Shown piece by piece: positions 32,232 to 43,150 of a DNA stretch of 64,000 bases. A model generated the notes under the pieces. That model searched no databases. It was given only the letters and a program-made list of their open reading frames with translations, and was not told the origin of the DNA. The stretch is taken from contig JAVRCV020000073.1 of NCBI GenBank assembly GCA_034530615.2, forward strand, positions 96,001 through 160,000, given 5' to 3'. Position numbers and translations under genes: made by a program. Positions within the stretch are counted from its first letter, which is position 1; each line of letters begins with the position of its first letter. This DNA is from Aulosira sp. ZfuVER01 (GTDB lineage: Bacteria; Cyanobacteriota; Cyanobacteriia; Cyanobacteriales; Nostocaceae).

Positions 32232-33227
32232 ATGCCCAACAACTTAGCTCTCGGAAAAGAAACCCTTTGGAGCCGTCGTCAACTGCTGAAGCTAGGTCTA
32301 TGTGGCGCTGGTGTGGCAGGAGTGGCAGCACTTTTACAGATGGCGAAATTCAAAAGTCATTCAATCGTCAAAGTGCCACCCCTGAAAATGGCAGCAGATG
32401 AAGGTGTGGCTCAACCGATGAAGATGCTAAGAAATTTCGATTATGGGACGCTGAAAAAAGAAAATGGACGTACTATCAGAGAATTTACTTTGACTGCGGG
32501 TACTTCTGTAATTCAGCTTAATAGCGCTGTCTCTTACAATATCTGGGATTTAAACGGTCACATACCAGGGCCGACACTCAGAGTAAAACAGGGCGAACGG
32601 GTACGGATACTATTTCTCAATAAGGCAGGACATTCTCACTCTTTACATTTTCACGGCATTCATTCATCAGATATGGATGGTATTCGCCCAGTCAGTAATG
32701 GTAGTGCCACAATCTATGAATTTGACGCTGAACCTTACGGCGTTCACTTGTATCACTGCCATATTGAACCCGTTACCCGTCATATTGCGAAGGGGCTATA
32801 CGGGATGTTTATCATCGATCCGCCAACTCCCCGTCCGCCCGCTGATGAGATTGTACTAGTGATGGCTGGGTATGACGTGAATGACGATAGCCACAATGAA
32901 TATTACGCTTTCAATGGACTGCCTCACCACTACATGGACAATCCCATCCGAATTTACAAGGATCAGTTAATTCGGCTGTATGTCCTAAATATTATTGAAT
33001 ACGATCCGGCAGTGACATTTCACCTTCATGCCAACTTCTTTGATGTTTATCGCACAGGGATGACTATGACTCCTAGCGAGAAGGCTGATGTCATTACGAT
33101 GGGTGTAGCAGAAAGGCACATCTTGGAATTTGCGTTTCGCTATCCAGGTAAGTATATGTTTCATCCCCATCAAGATGCGATCGCAGAACATGGTTGCATG
33201 GGTGTATTTGAAGTCATGAATGCATGA
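32232..33227 (+). CDS. Tat-exported two-domain multicopper oxidase
   Basis: SRRQLLK; HSHSLHFH; YHCH..H; FHLH; FHPH. Confidence 0.9.
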   Translation: MPNNLALGKETLWSRRQLLKLGLCGAGVAGVAALLQMAKFKSHSIVKVPPLKMAADEGVAQPMKMLRNFDYGTLKKENGRTIREFTLTAGTSVIQLNSAVSYNIWDLNGHIPGPTLRVKQGERVRILFLNKAGHSHSLHFHGIHSSDMDGIRPVSNGSATIYEFDAEPYGVHLYHCHIEPVTRHIAKGLYGMFIIDPPTPRPPADEIVLVMAGYDVNDDSHNEYYAFNGLPHHYMDNPIRIYKDQLIRLYVLNIIEYDPAVTFHLHANFFDVYRTGMTMTPSEKADVITMGVAERHILEFAFRYPGKYMFHPHQDAIAEHGCMGVFEVMNA

Positions 33228-33279
33228 TTTGTCTATTTGTGATGAGACTTTGAATTTTTAATTGCTTGGTAGTTTTGTT

Positions 33280-33903
33280 ATGGCGCTAGACTCACAAGTT
33301 GATTCCGTTTCCGGCCCTTTTCCTAGACAGTTTGATATCGCCAAGGTTGCTGTTTATGGATTAAGCATTTTGTCTGCGGGAATGTTTTTATTTTTACCCT
33401 TCATTAATCTATTGCATCCTAGTCCTTGGCAACGATGGCTAGGAACAATACATGGCTTTGGGGCATTACTCGCCACAGTAGTTACTGTGTATACCGGGCA
33501 TTTAGCCTTTCCCTTACTACGGGGAGTCGGTCAAATTTTGCCTCAGATGCGTACCTTAACATTTTGGTCAAGTGCGATCGCTTTTTTGGGGATAGCCACT
33601 GGTAACTTAGCATATATGCGCTACCGTGCAGGCGCAGAAGTTGGTGGTGCTAGAGCTTGGCTAAAAGAAAATTCGCCTTTAGCACATTATATTTTCATGG
33701 AATACCACGAATTTAGCGTACTTTTTACCTTGCCATTAGGAGTAGCTTGTACCTGGATTTTGTGGAAGTATGGTGACTCAATTTTAGAAAAGCAAAATCG
33801 TCCTCTGCTCACAGGTACTTGTGTGGCTTTAATGGCAATGATGTTTTTTGCTATGGGTGGATTGGTTAGTGGAATTGGTGTTGCTAAAATCCATGCTTTG
33901 TAA
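33280..33903 (+). CDS. Polytopic membrane protein
   Basis: About 5 TM helices, several His residues. Confidence 0.75.
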   Translation: MALDSQVDSVSGPFPRQFDIAKVAVYGLSILSAGMFLFLPFINLLHPSPWQRWLGTIHGFGALLATVVTVYTGHLAFPLLRGVGQILPQMRTLTFWSSAIAFLGIATGNLAYMRYRAGAEVGGARAWLKENSPLAHYIFMEYHEFSVLFTLPLGVACTWILWKYGDSILEKQNRPLLTGTCVALMAMMFFAMGGLVSGIGVAKIHAL

Positions 33904-33925
33904 TTAAACTTTCGAGCTTGCAGAA

Positions 33926-34405
33926 ATGTCTCAACAACTAAATCGCACATCTGAATTAGAACTAGTATCTGAACCTTTATATGTTCGCTTGTGGAAGGGA
34001 ATAAAGAGATTTCCTCAAGGATTAGCGGCAGGTTCAAAAAATCCGCCAAATGTTTCTGGACCCGGTGCAGCAGCTTTAATTAGCCCAGGAATTGGATGTT
34101 TTCTCATGATGGTTGCACATCATTTTTCAGATACATCCAAACACATAGAAAAAACAGTTTGGTTACTTGGAAGTTGGATACCAGGAAGCCATCTCAAGCA
34201 TAAATTTTGGGGAAATATTGGCAGTTATTCGGGAAAAGAAACAGTGCTGTTGCTGGGTTGGCTCATTAGTTGGGCTATTCTTTCTGTTCTCTGGAAGCAT
34301 AAAAAAATTACATCTAGAACAATATTCTTTTGGATGTTTAGCTTACTGATTGCAGCCACTACGATGATCTGGCATCCGTTATTTCCCTATTTACCCTTGA
34401 GCTAA
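33926..34405 (+). CDS. Membrane protein (about 3 TM)
   Basis: SGPGAAALI, GSYSGKET motifs; operon spacing. Confidence 0.75.
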   Translation: MSQQLNRTSELELVSEPLYVRLWKGIKRFPQGLAAGSKNPPNVSGPGAAALISPGIGCFLMMVAHHFSDTSKHIEKTVWLLGSWIPGSHLKHKFWGNIGSYSGKETVLLLGWLISWAILSVLWKHKKITSRTIFFWMFSLLIAATTMIWHPLFPYLPLS

Positions 34406-34430
34406 TCAAAAGTTAGGAAGAATTTAAGTT

Positions 34431-34625
34431 ATGGAAAGAGAAACAATCCGCCTTTCTAGCCAAGTGATGCACAAATATATTTGGATATTAGTAGGGATTT
34501 TTACTTTATTAGTCGCTACCTATCCTACAGCTATAATTCGGGTTAGCCAAAAGCCTAAGTTTCAAGGTTATCACGTCAAATCTTTGCAAATAGACGGCAA
34601 AATTAGCAGTGATTCTGTAAAGTAA
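34431..34625 (+). CDS. Small single-TM protein
   Basis: 64 aa, one hydrophobic helix, 25 nt after the previous gene. Confidence 0.5.
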   Translation: MERETIRLSSQVMHKYIWILVGIFTLLVATYPTAIIRVSQKPKFQGYHVKSLQIDGKISSDSVK

Positions 34626-34726
34626 AGACCCCATACAGTATCAATACAGATAGCCGCAATGGAGTCTAATTAGTTTTTCTTGTTGTTTCATGTTAACATT
34701 CCCAGACTCTTACCTGGGAATAAGAA

Positions 34727-36151
34727 TTAATTGAGCAATTTTTTAATATCACCGTAGGCGCGGTAGAAACCTCCACTAGCTGACTCGCGGATTTCTTCAA
34801 CAAGATAACGCTGTCCCTCTTGGCGAATATCTTTAGGAAACTGCACTTTCCAGTTGGCGTTATATCCTGGCGAAACAACTCTCATCCTCAGTTTATTTCC
34901 CTCCCGGAAACACTCAACAATTACTCCTTGGCTGGTGTCTGTTGTAGTTTCCACAACTGCGGAGGGTGCTGCGCCTTCTCCTGCTGGTGCCTTAATAATA
35001 GCTGCTTGGGGGATTGTGCCCACTTGGGCGGCTTGGATAGCAACGTCATTAGTATCTATACAAGCTAGAGAGCCATCGGTAGTGACAATATAGATGCGAT
35101 TCTCAAAAAATTGCATAGATAAAGCTGAACCGCAACCAGTTCCAAGTTTCCAGAGGCGTTCTCCTGATTTGTTAAAGCAGTAAATCGAAGAACTATTATC
35201 ACCAGCAAATACATACTTCCCATCTAAGGCTGTAGCACAAGAGTAGACAGCCGCATCGCATTTGTATACTGGGCCAGCCTCACCCTTCTTGCTAAAGCAG
35301 TAAATCTTTTGGTCGCTTGCACCCGCATAAACAGCTGATGCTTCTTGCCAACCAAATAGTACACCGCCGCCAGTTTTTTGATGCCAAAGCATCCGGCCTT
35401 CTTTGGTATCATACATAGTCACACCTTGACTATGACCGTGATAGATACCAACTTCGTCACAACGTACCATCCAGCCAGAATTACCTTGACTTAAACGAGT
35501 CCACTGTGACTCATCATCATGATCGATGGTAGTGACACCACCGTTTGCATCGGAAACTGCTAATAAACCGTTGTTAATATCAAGCCAGAAAATATCAACA
35601 TTTTCATCAATCTCGTAGGCAATACGTGGTAGTTTGCCTGTGAGGTCGTAGACGTTGCCGTTATCGCAGCCAGCATAAATCCAAATATCATCAGCAACTA
35701 AACATTTAACCCCATCGGGCAGCTTAAACCGATTGATAACTTGACCTTGGTGATTTAGCGCAAACACTTGACCATCTTGATTCCCCACCCAGCAGCGATC
35801 GCTATCAACAAAAATTCCAAAGGCAGCGGAATTAGAGTTGAATTTCCAAAGAATTGGAGCTTGTTTTGCTGTCGATATTGTACTTGTGACTGCGCGTCGG
35901 GTAACGGCACGCTTCTGACGCACGCCCATGACTGCGTGTTCGTAACCTTTTGCCAGTTTTTCTTTGATTTTCTTGTTCGCGTCTGCTTTAGCTTTGTCTG
36001 GGGTAGGGTAAGTTTTAGTTTGAGTTTGTCCTGCGTCACCAATGCGACCATAGCGGATGGTTACTTGCGTATCTTTGACGATGACTTCATAAAATTTATG
36101 AGAGCCGCCACTCGTTTCGGAAAGCTCTAGGTAGGTTTTTTCTTCAGTCAT
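34727..36151 (-). CDS. WGR domain plus beta-propeller protein
   Basis: GSHKFYEV...RYGRIG...KKIKEKLAKGY; repeated propeller blades. Confidence 0.85.
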   Translation of the reverse strand: MTEEKTYLELSETSGGSHKFYEVIVKDTQVTIRYGRIGDAGQTQTKTYPTPDKAKADANKKIKEKLAKGYEHAVMGVRQKRAVTRRAVTSTISTAKQAPILWKFNSNSAAFGIFVDSDRCWVGNQDGQVFALNHQGQVINRFKLPDGVKCLVADDIWIYAGCDNGNVYDLTGKLPRIAYEIDENVDIFWLDINNGLLAVSDANGGVTTIDHDDESQWTRLSQGNSGWMVRCDEVGIYHGHSQGVTMYDTKEGRMLWHQKTGGGVLFGWQEASAVYAGASDQKIYCFSKKGEAGPVYKCDAAVYSCATALDGKYVFAGDNSSSIYCFNKSGERLWKLGTGCGSALSMQFFENRIYIVTTDGSLACIDTNDVAIQAAQVGTIPQAAIIKAPAGEGAAPSAVVETTTDTSQGVIVECFREGNKLRMRVVSPGYNANWKVQFPKDIRQEGQRYLVEEIRESASGGFYRAYGDIKKLLN

Positions 36152-36283
36152 GAGAGTTTCTCGTTAAAACAAAATTAATATGTTTAAATTCTTACTTTGT
36201 TCTAACTGCTACTTCAATTAAATGTCGAACGATGAAGAGGACATTGGGACGTGGAGAACACCATAACTAAAAATATCGACAGC

Positions 36284-36318
36284 GAAACCCAACAAGGCCT
36301 GAGAAATGTTGGGTTTTG
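36284..36318. repeat. REP-like palindrome or bidirectional terminator
   Basis: AAACCCAACA...TGTTGGGTTT. Confidence 0.55.
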
Positions 36319-36327
36319 TTCCTCCCT

Positions 36328-37335
36328 TTAAATACTGTTCAACTTCCCCTCAGTTTCCTGACATCCAAACTTCGAGCTTTTACCCGAACACTCAAATAGA
36401 TGTAACCCTAGCTGCTGGGACAATTCTTCGCATACTTTAACCCCCCGCACGCTGTTACCACGTCTATCCAACGGTGGCGAAAAGACTGCAATTCCCATCT
36501 GATGCGGGACAACAGCCATAATTCCGCCACAAACGCCGCTTTTCGCAGGAATACCGATTTTGTATGCCCATTCACCAGCAAAGTTATACATCCCGCAAGT
36601 GTACATGACACTCAAAATGTCTTTAATGTAACTTTTCTTTACTGCTTGTTCCTGGGTAATTGGGTTGATACCTTTATTGGCTAAAGTTGCTGCCATGACT
36701 GCCAAGTCACGACAATTTACCATGACCGCACACTGCTGGAAGTATAGATCTAAGGACTCTTCAATATTCTGGTCAATCATGCCAAAGTTGAGCATGAGAT
36801 GTGCCATTGCGCGGTTGCGATGTCCTGTACTGCGTTCTGAAGTGAATACAGAAATATCAACGAATACATCATGACCGATGTATCGTTTAAACATATCTAG
36901 CATCCGATTGAGGCGTTCGGTAGCACCTGCACCTTTGATTAAACTAGTGGTAGCGATCGCCCCGGCATTTACCATTGGGTTTAATGGTCGATTTGATTGT
37001 TCATCAAGGATAATGGCGTTGAATGCATCTCCTGTCGGTTCTACGCCAACTCTGGTCAATACATAATCTCTTCCATGATCCTCAAGGGCCAGTCCGTATG
37101 CAAATACCTTGGAAATCGACTGTATGGTAAATAGTTGCTCAAAATCCCCAACTTCGTAAATCTGACCATCTACGGTAACAATGCAGATGCTAAACAAGTC
37201 GGGATTTACCTTTGCCAATTCTGGAATGTAGTTTGCTACTACACCTTCTTTGAGTGACTGGTACTTGTCATGCAAGTCCTTGAGAACATCTAGATAGGAC
37301 AATGGAACTGTTTCTAAATCTCCTTGGGTGGCCAT
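36328..37335 (-). CDS. glsA: Glutaminase
   Basis: [37 protein letters not shown]. Confidence 0.95.
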   Translation of the reverse strand: MATQGDLETVPLSYLDVLKDLHDKYQSLKEGVVANYIPELAKVNPDLFSICIVTVDGQIYEVGDFEQLFTIQSISKVFAYGLALEDHGRDYVLTRVGVEPTGDAFNAIILDEQSNRPLNPMVNAGAIATTSLIKGAGATERLNRMLDMFKRYIGHDVFVDISVFTSERSTGHRNRAMAHLMLNFGMIDQNIEESLDLYFQQCAVMVNCRDLAVMAATLANKGINPITQEQAVKKSYIKDILSVMYTCGMYNFAGEWAYKIGIPAKSGVCGGIMAVVPHQMGIAVFSPPLDRRGNSVRGVKVCEELSQQLGLHLFECSGKSSKFGCQETEGKLNSI

Positions 37336-37474
37336 GAGGCTTACAGCTTGCTCTAAAAAATCATACTCGCTCAACTACTGTAAGCAGAAATGTGATTCTA
37401 TTTTCTCAATTGGCAAAATAATCTACACGTAGTTATCAATTTTGTGTTATTTATCTTGATGTATTTTCTTTACC

Positions 37475-37666
37475 TGTAAAAAATATTACATACTGTTACT
37501 TCACTGATTAGTCCATATTAATACGGTTAATTTAAGTAATTTATATAACTATTACTTAACTGATGTCGAGTTATGATTCCTATTTTAAATGTAGCAATCG
37601 TAACTTTATAAAGTTTTGTCAAGTTTATGTTATTTTTATAATTAAAAAGCTGTAACTCTTGTTACA
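37475..37666. promoter_or_regulatory. Two NtcA-like TGTA-N8-TACA boxes
   Basis: TGTAAAAAATATTACA (37475-37490) and TGTAACTCTTGTTACA (37651-37666). Confidence 0.4.
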
Positions 37667-38152
37667 GAATAATTAAAAAGAAAGATAAAGATTTAATCAA
37701 GTGAGTCTTTTTCAGTATTTATTCGCAATTTATAATTCATAAAGTTATTAATTTTTTGAATTTTATATAGTCAAATATTGGGCAATAAAAATTTACCAGC
37801 AGGGTAAATATTTGGGCATTTCTTTGCAGTTGACTGACTCAATTTCATACCCCGAAAATGTTAATTTTTCATAAGAAAAGTTTTACTTATCAAAAAAAAC
37901 GTTACACAGTTGAAATCCGCATTTGAGAAAGGTTTGAGCCTTGAAAACAGAATTAAAATTTGCTAAAGTTACCAAGACTTACGCTAAAACCCTGATCCCC
38001 AAGCTCAAAGGTTCGTGTTAGTCTGTTGCAGTTATGAACAAAAAAGTGAAAGCGGAACGAGTTCGAGTTGTAGGGGTACTCACTTTTCTCAGTGGTGCAA
38101 AATCCCACGAACCGTAAAACTTCTGTTCTACAGTCGCTTTAAAATCGGACGC

Positions 38153-39256
38153 ATGAATCAAAGACATTTGTGGACTATTGTCGCCCTGTTTCTGACTGTT
38201 TTAGGGATGCCCTCAGTCGGTCGCACTCAAACTAACAAGGGAACTGCGCTTGCTTCCCAACCATCGCCAGCAGGTGATGTTGTCAAAGTAGGAGAGTATC
38301 AATCCCCAGCAGGGAAGCCGACCTCTGATGTTGCGATCGCAGAAATTCATTCGCACAGCATTCAAGGTCGTCAGGCGGCAACCCTTTTTATCCGAAATAT
38401 TCCTGTTCTTACCTTTTTGAGTTCTTTACCATCAGCTAGTGCTGATAGTAAGGTCGGCGTAATTGGTAACTCTGGGGGCGTGCAAATGTACGCCCCTCTT
38501 GCTAGCAATGCAACCAAGGTGGCAAGCATTGGAAACATCTCGGATGTAAGTAACCAAATTACTGCGGCTCAAAATGACCCGGTACAAAAAGCTGGTGTAA
38601 TAGCAGCGAAAATCAACCAGCTGGTTCGGGACAATGTAGACGCCAGCCAGATTAGTGTGAGCTGGAAAGGAGGCGGCGAAGCGAAAGTTGCCAATCAAGA
38701 CCAAAATAAAGCTGCTTCCTCCCAGCAAAAAGGCGATCGCTATACGATCAAGCTAAATGGCGAAGAATTGGTGGAAATCAACGAAAATACCCGACTAGCA
38801 AATCCCACCAACGATCTGGCACAAGATGCGTTGCAAGCGACTAATCGGATGCGCAGACTTATCGGCAATGCAGCCCCCATCAAGGAGATTTCTAATTTAC
38901 CAGTTCGTTCCCCCTTATCGGTACCAAAGTTGCCACAACAAGTTGCCATTGGTCCAGTACGAATTACACTCCGTGGCATGGCTTCCTGGTATGGTTATGA
39001 TGGTTCTGGCAGCCGCACTGCCAGTGGCAAGAGATTTCATCCAGAAGGCATGACTGCCGCCCATCGTAGCTTACCCTTTGGCACAAGAGTTCGTGTAACT
39101 AACACCAACAATGGTCGTTCTGTAGTGGTGTCTATTACTGACCGAGGCCCGTACATTCGGGGTCGTATCCTTGACCTTTCTGCTGGAGCGGCTCGGATTT
39201 TAGGAATGATGGGCAGTGGCGTTGCGCCAGTGAGGATTGAAGTCTTAGGCAGATAA
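38153..39256 (+). CDS. rlpA: RlpA-family lytic transglycosylase
   Basis: GMASWYG, TAAHRSLPFGT, DRGP..GRILDLS; signal peptide from ATG at 38153. Confidence 0.9.
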   Translation: MNQRHLWTIVALFLTVLGMPSVGRTQTNKGTALASQPSPAGDVVKVGEYQSPAGKPTSDVAIAEIHSHSIQGRQAATLFIRNIPVLTFLSSLPSASADSKVGVIGNSGGVQMYAPLASNATKVASIGNISDVSNQITAAQNDPVQKAGVIAAKINQLVRDNVDASQISVSWKGGGEAKVANQDQNKAASSQQKGDRYTIKLNGEELVEINENTRLANPTNDLAQDALQATNRMRRLIGNAAPIKEISNLPVRSPLSVPKLPQQVAIGPVRITLRGMASWYGYDGSGSRTASGKRFHPEGMTAAHRSLPFGTRVRVTNTNNGRSVVVSITDRGPYIRGRILDLSAGAARILGMMGSGVAPVRIEVLGR

Positions 39257-39438
39257 AGACAATTTTCACTGCTGACAGTTGATATTCAAGCTTCAACTGT
39301 CTATTTCCTCCCCGCTTTCAAATCCCTACGCTCTAGTTTTCATTCGCTATCACTTAAATTCCCCTAGTTAAACATTTCTTCCCCCTATTTCAGATATAAA
39401 CTAACGGGGGAGGGATCAAGAAAAACTAGGGGTATTTT

Positions 39439-41055
39439 GTGCGCCTGCTCACAACAGTCGCAGCTTTAAGCTGCTATTTAACTAAACGCCGCTCGGAAAA
39501 CAAGTGTGCGGTTCTAGAAGATGTGGTACTAGATGAGATGACTAGCTGGGATCAAACCGCTGTCGGTTTAGTACCGACAATGGGAGGGTTACATGAAGGT
39601 CATTTAAGCTTGATTCAACGAGCTAGGCAAGAAAATTCTACGGTGATTGTCACTATTTTCGTCAATCCCCTGCAATTTTCGCCAAATGAAGATTTTCAAC
39701 GCTACCCCCGGACTTTAGAGCTAGATATGCAACTGTGCGAACAAGCTGGGGTAGACCTAATTTTTGCGCCCACTCCGGAAGAAATGGGAGTTCCGCAGAA
39801 GAGTATACAAGAAGCGAAGGTTACACAAGTAATCCCTCCATCTGCTATGATAACAGGCTTGTGTGGTGGGTCTCGGCAAGGACATTTCCAAGGTGTGGCC
39901 ACGATTGTGACCAAGCTTTTCAACTTGGTACAGCCTGACCGAGCCTACTTCGGGCAAAAGGATGGTCAGCAACTAGCAATTATTAAACGCTTGGTGGCTG
40001 ATTTGAATTTTCCCGTAGAAATTGTTGCTTGTCCAACGGTGCGGGAAACCTCTGGTCTGGCCTTAAGTTCTCGCAATCAATATTTGACTGCAACGGAAAA
40101 AGAACAGGCTGCGGTGTTGTATCGCGGCTTGCAGCAAGCTGAAGCTATTTTCAAGTCAGGAGTTCGCGACAGCAAAGAGCTGATCGCAGCAGTGCAGCAA
40201 GAAGTAGCAATGGTCAGTAATGTCTTAGTGGAATATATTGAATTGGTTGAGCCGACTACATTAATGTCTTTAGTAAAAGTTCAGGAGGAAGGAATGCTCG
40301 CGATCGCAGCTCGTCTTGGTTCTACACGTTTGATTGACAATATTCTCTTGTGCGATCGCCTACCAATCATCGCCATTGATGGCCCAGCTGGTGCTGGAAA
40401 ATCGACAGTGGCTCGTCTAGTAGCGAATAAGCTAGGTCTAGTGTATTTAGACACCGGATCTATGTATCGTGCTGTTACTTGGCTGGTGCTGCAACAGGGT
40501 ATTGCCATTGACGATGAGTGTGCGATCGCTGAATTAGCCAACTCTTGCGAAATTCAACTCACTCCCGGACAGGATTTACAATCTCCCGTGCAGGTTTGGA
40601 TTAATAATACTAATGTGACTCAAGAAATTAGGACTATTGAAGTCACATCTAACGTATCGGCGATCGCAGCCCAAAGCGCTGTACGTAAAGCCTTGGTAAA
40701 ACAACAGCAAAGCTGGGGTAAAAGAGGTGGTTTAGTAGCTGAAGGCAGAGACATTGGCACTCATGTATTCCCCGATGCTGAAGTAAAAATCTTCTTAACT
40801 GCCTCTGTTAGCGAACGTGCCCGCCGCCGACAGCAAGACTTTAAAAAACAAAATCAGCCTGAAGTTAGTCTAGAGCAGCTGGAACGGGATATTGCCGAAC
40901 GCGACTGGAAAGATAGCACGCGCAAAGTTTCACCCTTACAAAAAGCAGCAGATGCGATTGAAATTCAAACCGATGGTCTCAACGTATCTGAAGTCACAGA
41001 AAAAATCGTTAGCTATTGCCAACAGCAGTTACAAGAGCTGTTATCTCAATGGTAA
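39439..41055 (+). CDS. panC/cmk: Bifunctional pantoate-beta-alanine ligase/cytidylate kinase
   Basis: PTMGGLHEGH, FGQKD, LSSRN; IDGPAGAGKST, EGRDIG. Confidence 0.96.
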   Translation: MRLLTTVAALSCYLTKRRSENKCAVLEDVVLDEMTSWDQTAVGLVPTMGGLHEGHLSLIQRARQENSTVIVTIFVNPLQFSPNEDFQRYPRTLELDMQLCEQAGVDLIFAPTPEEMGVPQKSIQEAKVTQVIPPSAMITGLCGGSRQGHFQGVATIVTKLFNLVQPDRAYFGQKDGQQLAIIKRLVADLNFPVEIVACPTVRETSGLALSSRNQYLTATEKEQAAVLYRGLQQAEAIFKSGVRDSKELIAAVQQEVAMVSNVLVEYIELVEPTTLMSLVKVQEEGMLAIAARLGSTRLIDNILLCDRLPIIAIDGPAGAGKSTVARLVANKLGLVYLDTGSMYRAVTWLVLQQGIAIDDECAIAELANSCEIQLTPGQDLQSPVQVWINNTNVTQEIRTIEVTSNVSAIAAQSAVRKALVKQQQSWGKRGGLVAEGRDIGTHVFPDAEVKIFLTASVSERARRRQQDFKKQNQPEVSLEQLERDIAERDWKDSTRKVSPLQKAADAIEIQTDGLNVSEVTEKIVSYCQQQLQELLSQW

Positions 41056-41338
41056 TAACTGTACTTTGCTGTTAATTGCTGACTTGATGTACACAGGTGA
41101 GTGATCTAGCACCCACTCACCATTGTGAAAATCTAGAAATCAAAAGACTTTACTGAAGATAAATTTGCAGTTGATTATATTTAAGTTTAAAGTGGCTGCT
41201 GCGCGTATTTAATTATTTATTCATTTTGCAATTAATTCATCTAGCTAAAGACAGATTTTAAATAATTTAATTACTCCTACCTGGGTTAGAAGTTTTGTAG
41301 CTCAGAATTTTAGCTAAATAGGTAGTGAGAAATAAAAT

Positions 41339-41458
41339 CAGGGCTTACGCAACTGGTACATATATCTTGCGTTATGAGACTCAAGATTCAAGAGTCAAAA
41401 ATTGGATTGACTCTAGGCAACCTCTGCGAAAAAAAATCTGACACTTGCGTGATTCCTA
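41339..41458. mobile_element. MITE-like element, CAGG(A/G)CTTACGCA family
   Basis: CAGGGCTTACGCAA...TTGCGTGATTCCTA. Confidence 0.55.
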
Positions 41459-41950
41459 AAAATTTAAAAAATGCTTAAAAAATTCATTATCCATACTTTC
41501 TGTTATCCCTTCCTGTTAAGAAGAGGTTAAAAGCTAGACCCCCACAAGCATAGGCGAAGCCCTAGCCCTTCCGCATAGCGTCTCGCAGAGAAGGCATCGC
41601 CCACAACCAGGGCATGAAAATTTTTTTCTCGGTTCCCTGTTCCCCATTTTCAAGTTAGAACACAGAGATGCTACAAATTAAGAGGTTTTTGAATTAGGCG
41701 AAAACTTGCCAAGATGATTTCCTGACCTAGCAAAATTTTCTCGAATAATTTTGGAATTCCCCATACGGCTACTAGGGATTTAACTAATTCAAAAAGTCCA
41801 GTGTTTTAATCTTCACTTTGGTAGTAAAATGTCTATGTTAAGTTTTATATTCCTCTATTAAGGATATAAAACTTTTCAAATAAAACCTGTAATTTCCTAA
41901 GCTTCTGAATAGCTTTAAACTGGAAAACGGTAAAGAGAGGATTTCACACA

Positions 41951-42553
41951 ATGGCATTTCAACAGCCCCCCCTACCCTACGACTTTAATGCTTTAGAGCC
42001 GTATGGCATGAAAGGTGAGACTTTCGAGTATCACTATGGCAAGCATCACAAAGCTTATGTAGACAACCTTAACAAGCTCACCGACGGTACAGAACTTGCT
42101 GATAAGTCACTGGAAGAAGTGATTAAAGCTTCTTTTAAAGATGCCTCTAAAGTTGGAATCTTTAACAATGCTGCTCAAGTCTGGAACCACACCTTTTTCT
42201 GGAACTCGCTGAAGCCAGCAGGTGGTGGTCAACCTTCAGGCGCACTCGCCGATAAAATCGATAAAGATTTTGGTAGCTTCGATAAATTTAAAGAAGAGTT
42301 CTCTAACGCCGCCGCAACTCAGTTTGGCAGTGGATGGGCTTGGCTGATTGATGATGGTGGTACTTTGAAAGTAATCAAGACACCGAATGCAGAGAACCCT
42401 CTAGCTCATGGACAAAAGGCACTGTTAACCCTAGATGTTTGGGAACACGCCTACTACATCGATTACAGAAATGCCCGTCCTGCATTTATCAAGAACTTCC
42501 TCGATCAGTTAGTTAACTGGGACTTTGCTGCTGAAAATTTAGCCAAAGCCTAA
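41951..42553 (+). CDS. sodB: Fe superoxide dismutase
   Basis: HYGKHH, FNNAAQVWNHTFFW, DVWEHAYY. Confidence 0.96.
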   Translation: MAFQQPPLPYDFNALEPYGMKGETFEYHYGKHHKAYVDNLNKLTDGTELADKSLEEVIKASFKDASKVGIFNNAAQVWNHTFFWNSLKPAGGGQPSGALADKIDKDFGSFDKFKEEFSNAAATQFGSGWAWLIDDGGTLKVIKTPNAENPLAHGQKALLTLDVWEHAYYIDYRNARPAFIKNFLDQLVNWDFAAENLAKA

Positions 42554-42612
42554 CTGGCTGAAAAAGTAGCTAGTAAAGCCGGAAAAAATTAGTTGGGTTT
42601 ATTAATCTCGCC

Positions 42613-42645
42613 AGCAGTCACGCATCTCGCATCGTGGCTGCTTTT
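42613..42645 (+). terminator. Probable intrinsic terminator
   Basis: AGCAGTCACG...CGTGGCTGCT followed by TTT. Confidence 0.55.
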
Positions 42646-42751
42646 GATTTGTTGGATAGATTAACAACACAGTAGTTTCATTGAGGAAAAGTGGCCACTT
42701 ATGGCTGTCTCATGTATCTTAAAAAGTAATGGCATTGAAAATATAAATCTT

Positions 42752-42958
42752 ATGAATAGCAAACAACTAGCTCAATACATGGAAGCAACCGATAGCATCT
42801 CGAAACCTTGGCTATTAGTACAACTGCGCCTTAAGAAACTCCAAGAACGTCAAGCCACGCTTACAGAAAATGAATATGACACCGAATTACAAGATATTCA
42901 CCAAGATTTGATGAATTTGGGAGAATGGTGGCGCGGCATTGAAGATGAGGTGTTTTGA
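42752..42958 (+). CDS. Small hypothetical protein
   Basis: KPWLLVQLRL...LGEWWRGIEDEVF. Confidence 0.75.
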   Translation: MNSKQLAQYMEATDSISKPWLLVQLRLKKLQERQATLTENEYDTELQDIHQDLMNLGEWWRGIEDEVF

Positions 42959-43150
42959 TTGCTGAATAGTGCGTACTCTTGAGGGATGAGGGTGCACTCT
43001 GTTTTAGCGACTTGCTTTGGCGATCGCATTTAGTTGTTTCATCTCGGCAGATCCTCCCTAGCTTACCTTTTTTAGGCTGGCCAGGGAGGATCGATTGTAA
43101 TTAGGCAAAGATGTAGAGGAGACGCGGTGAATTAGGGACGCTGGGACGCG

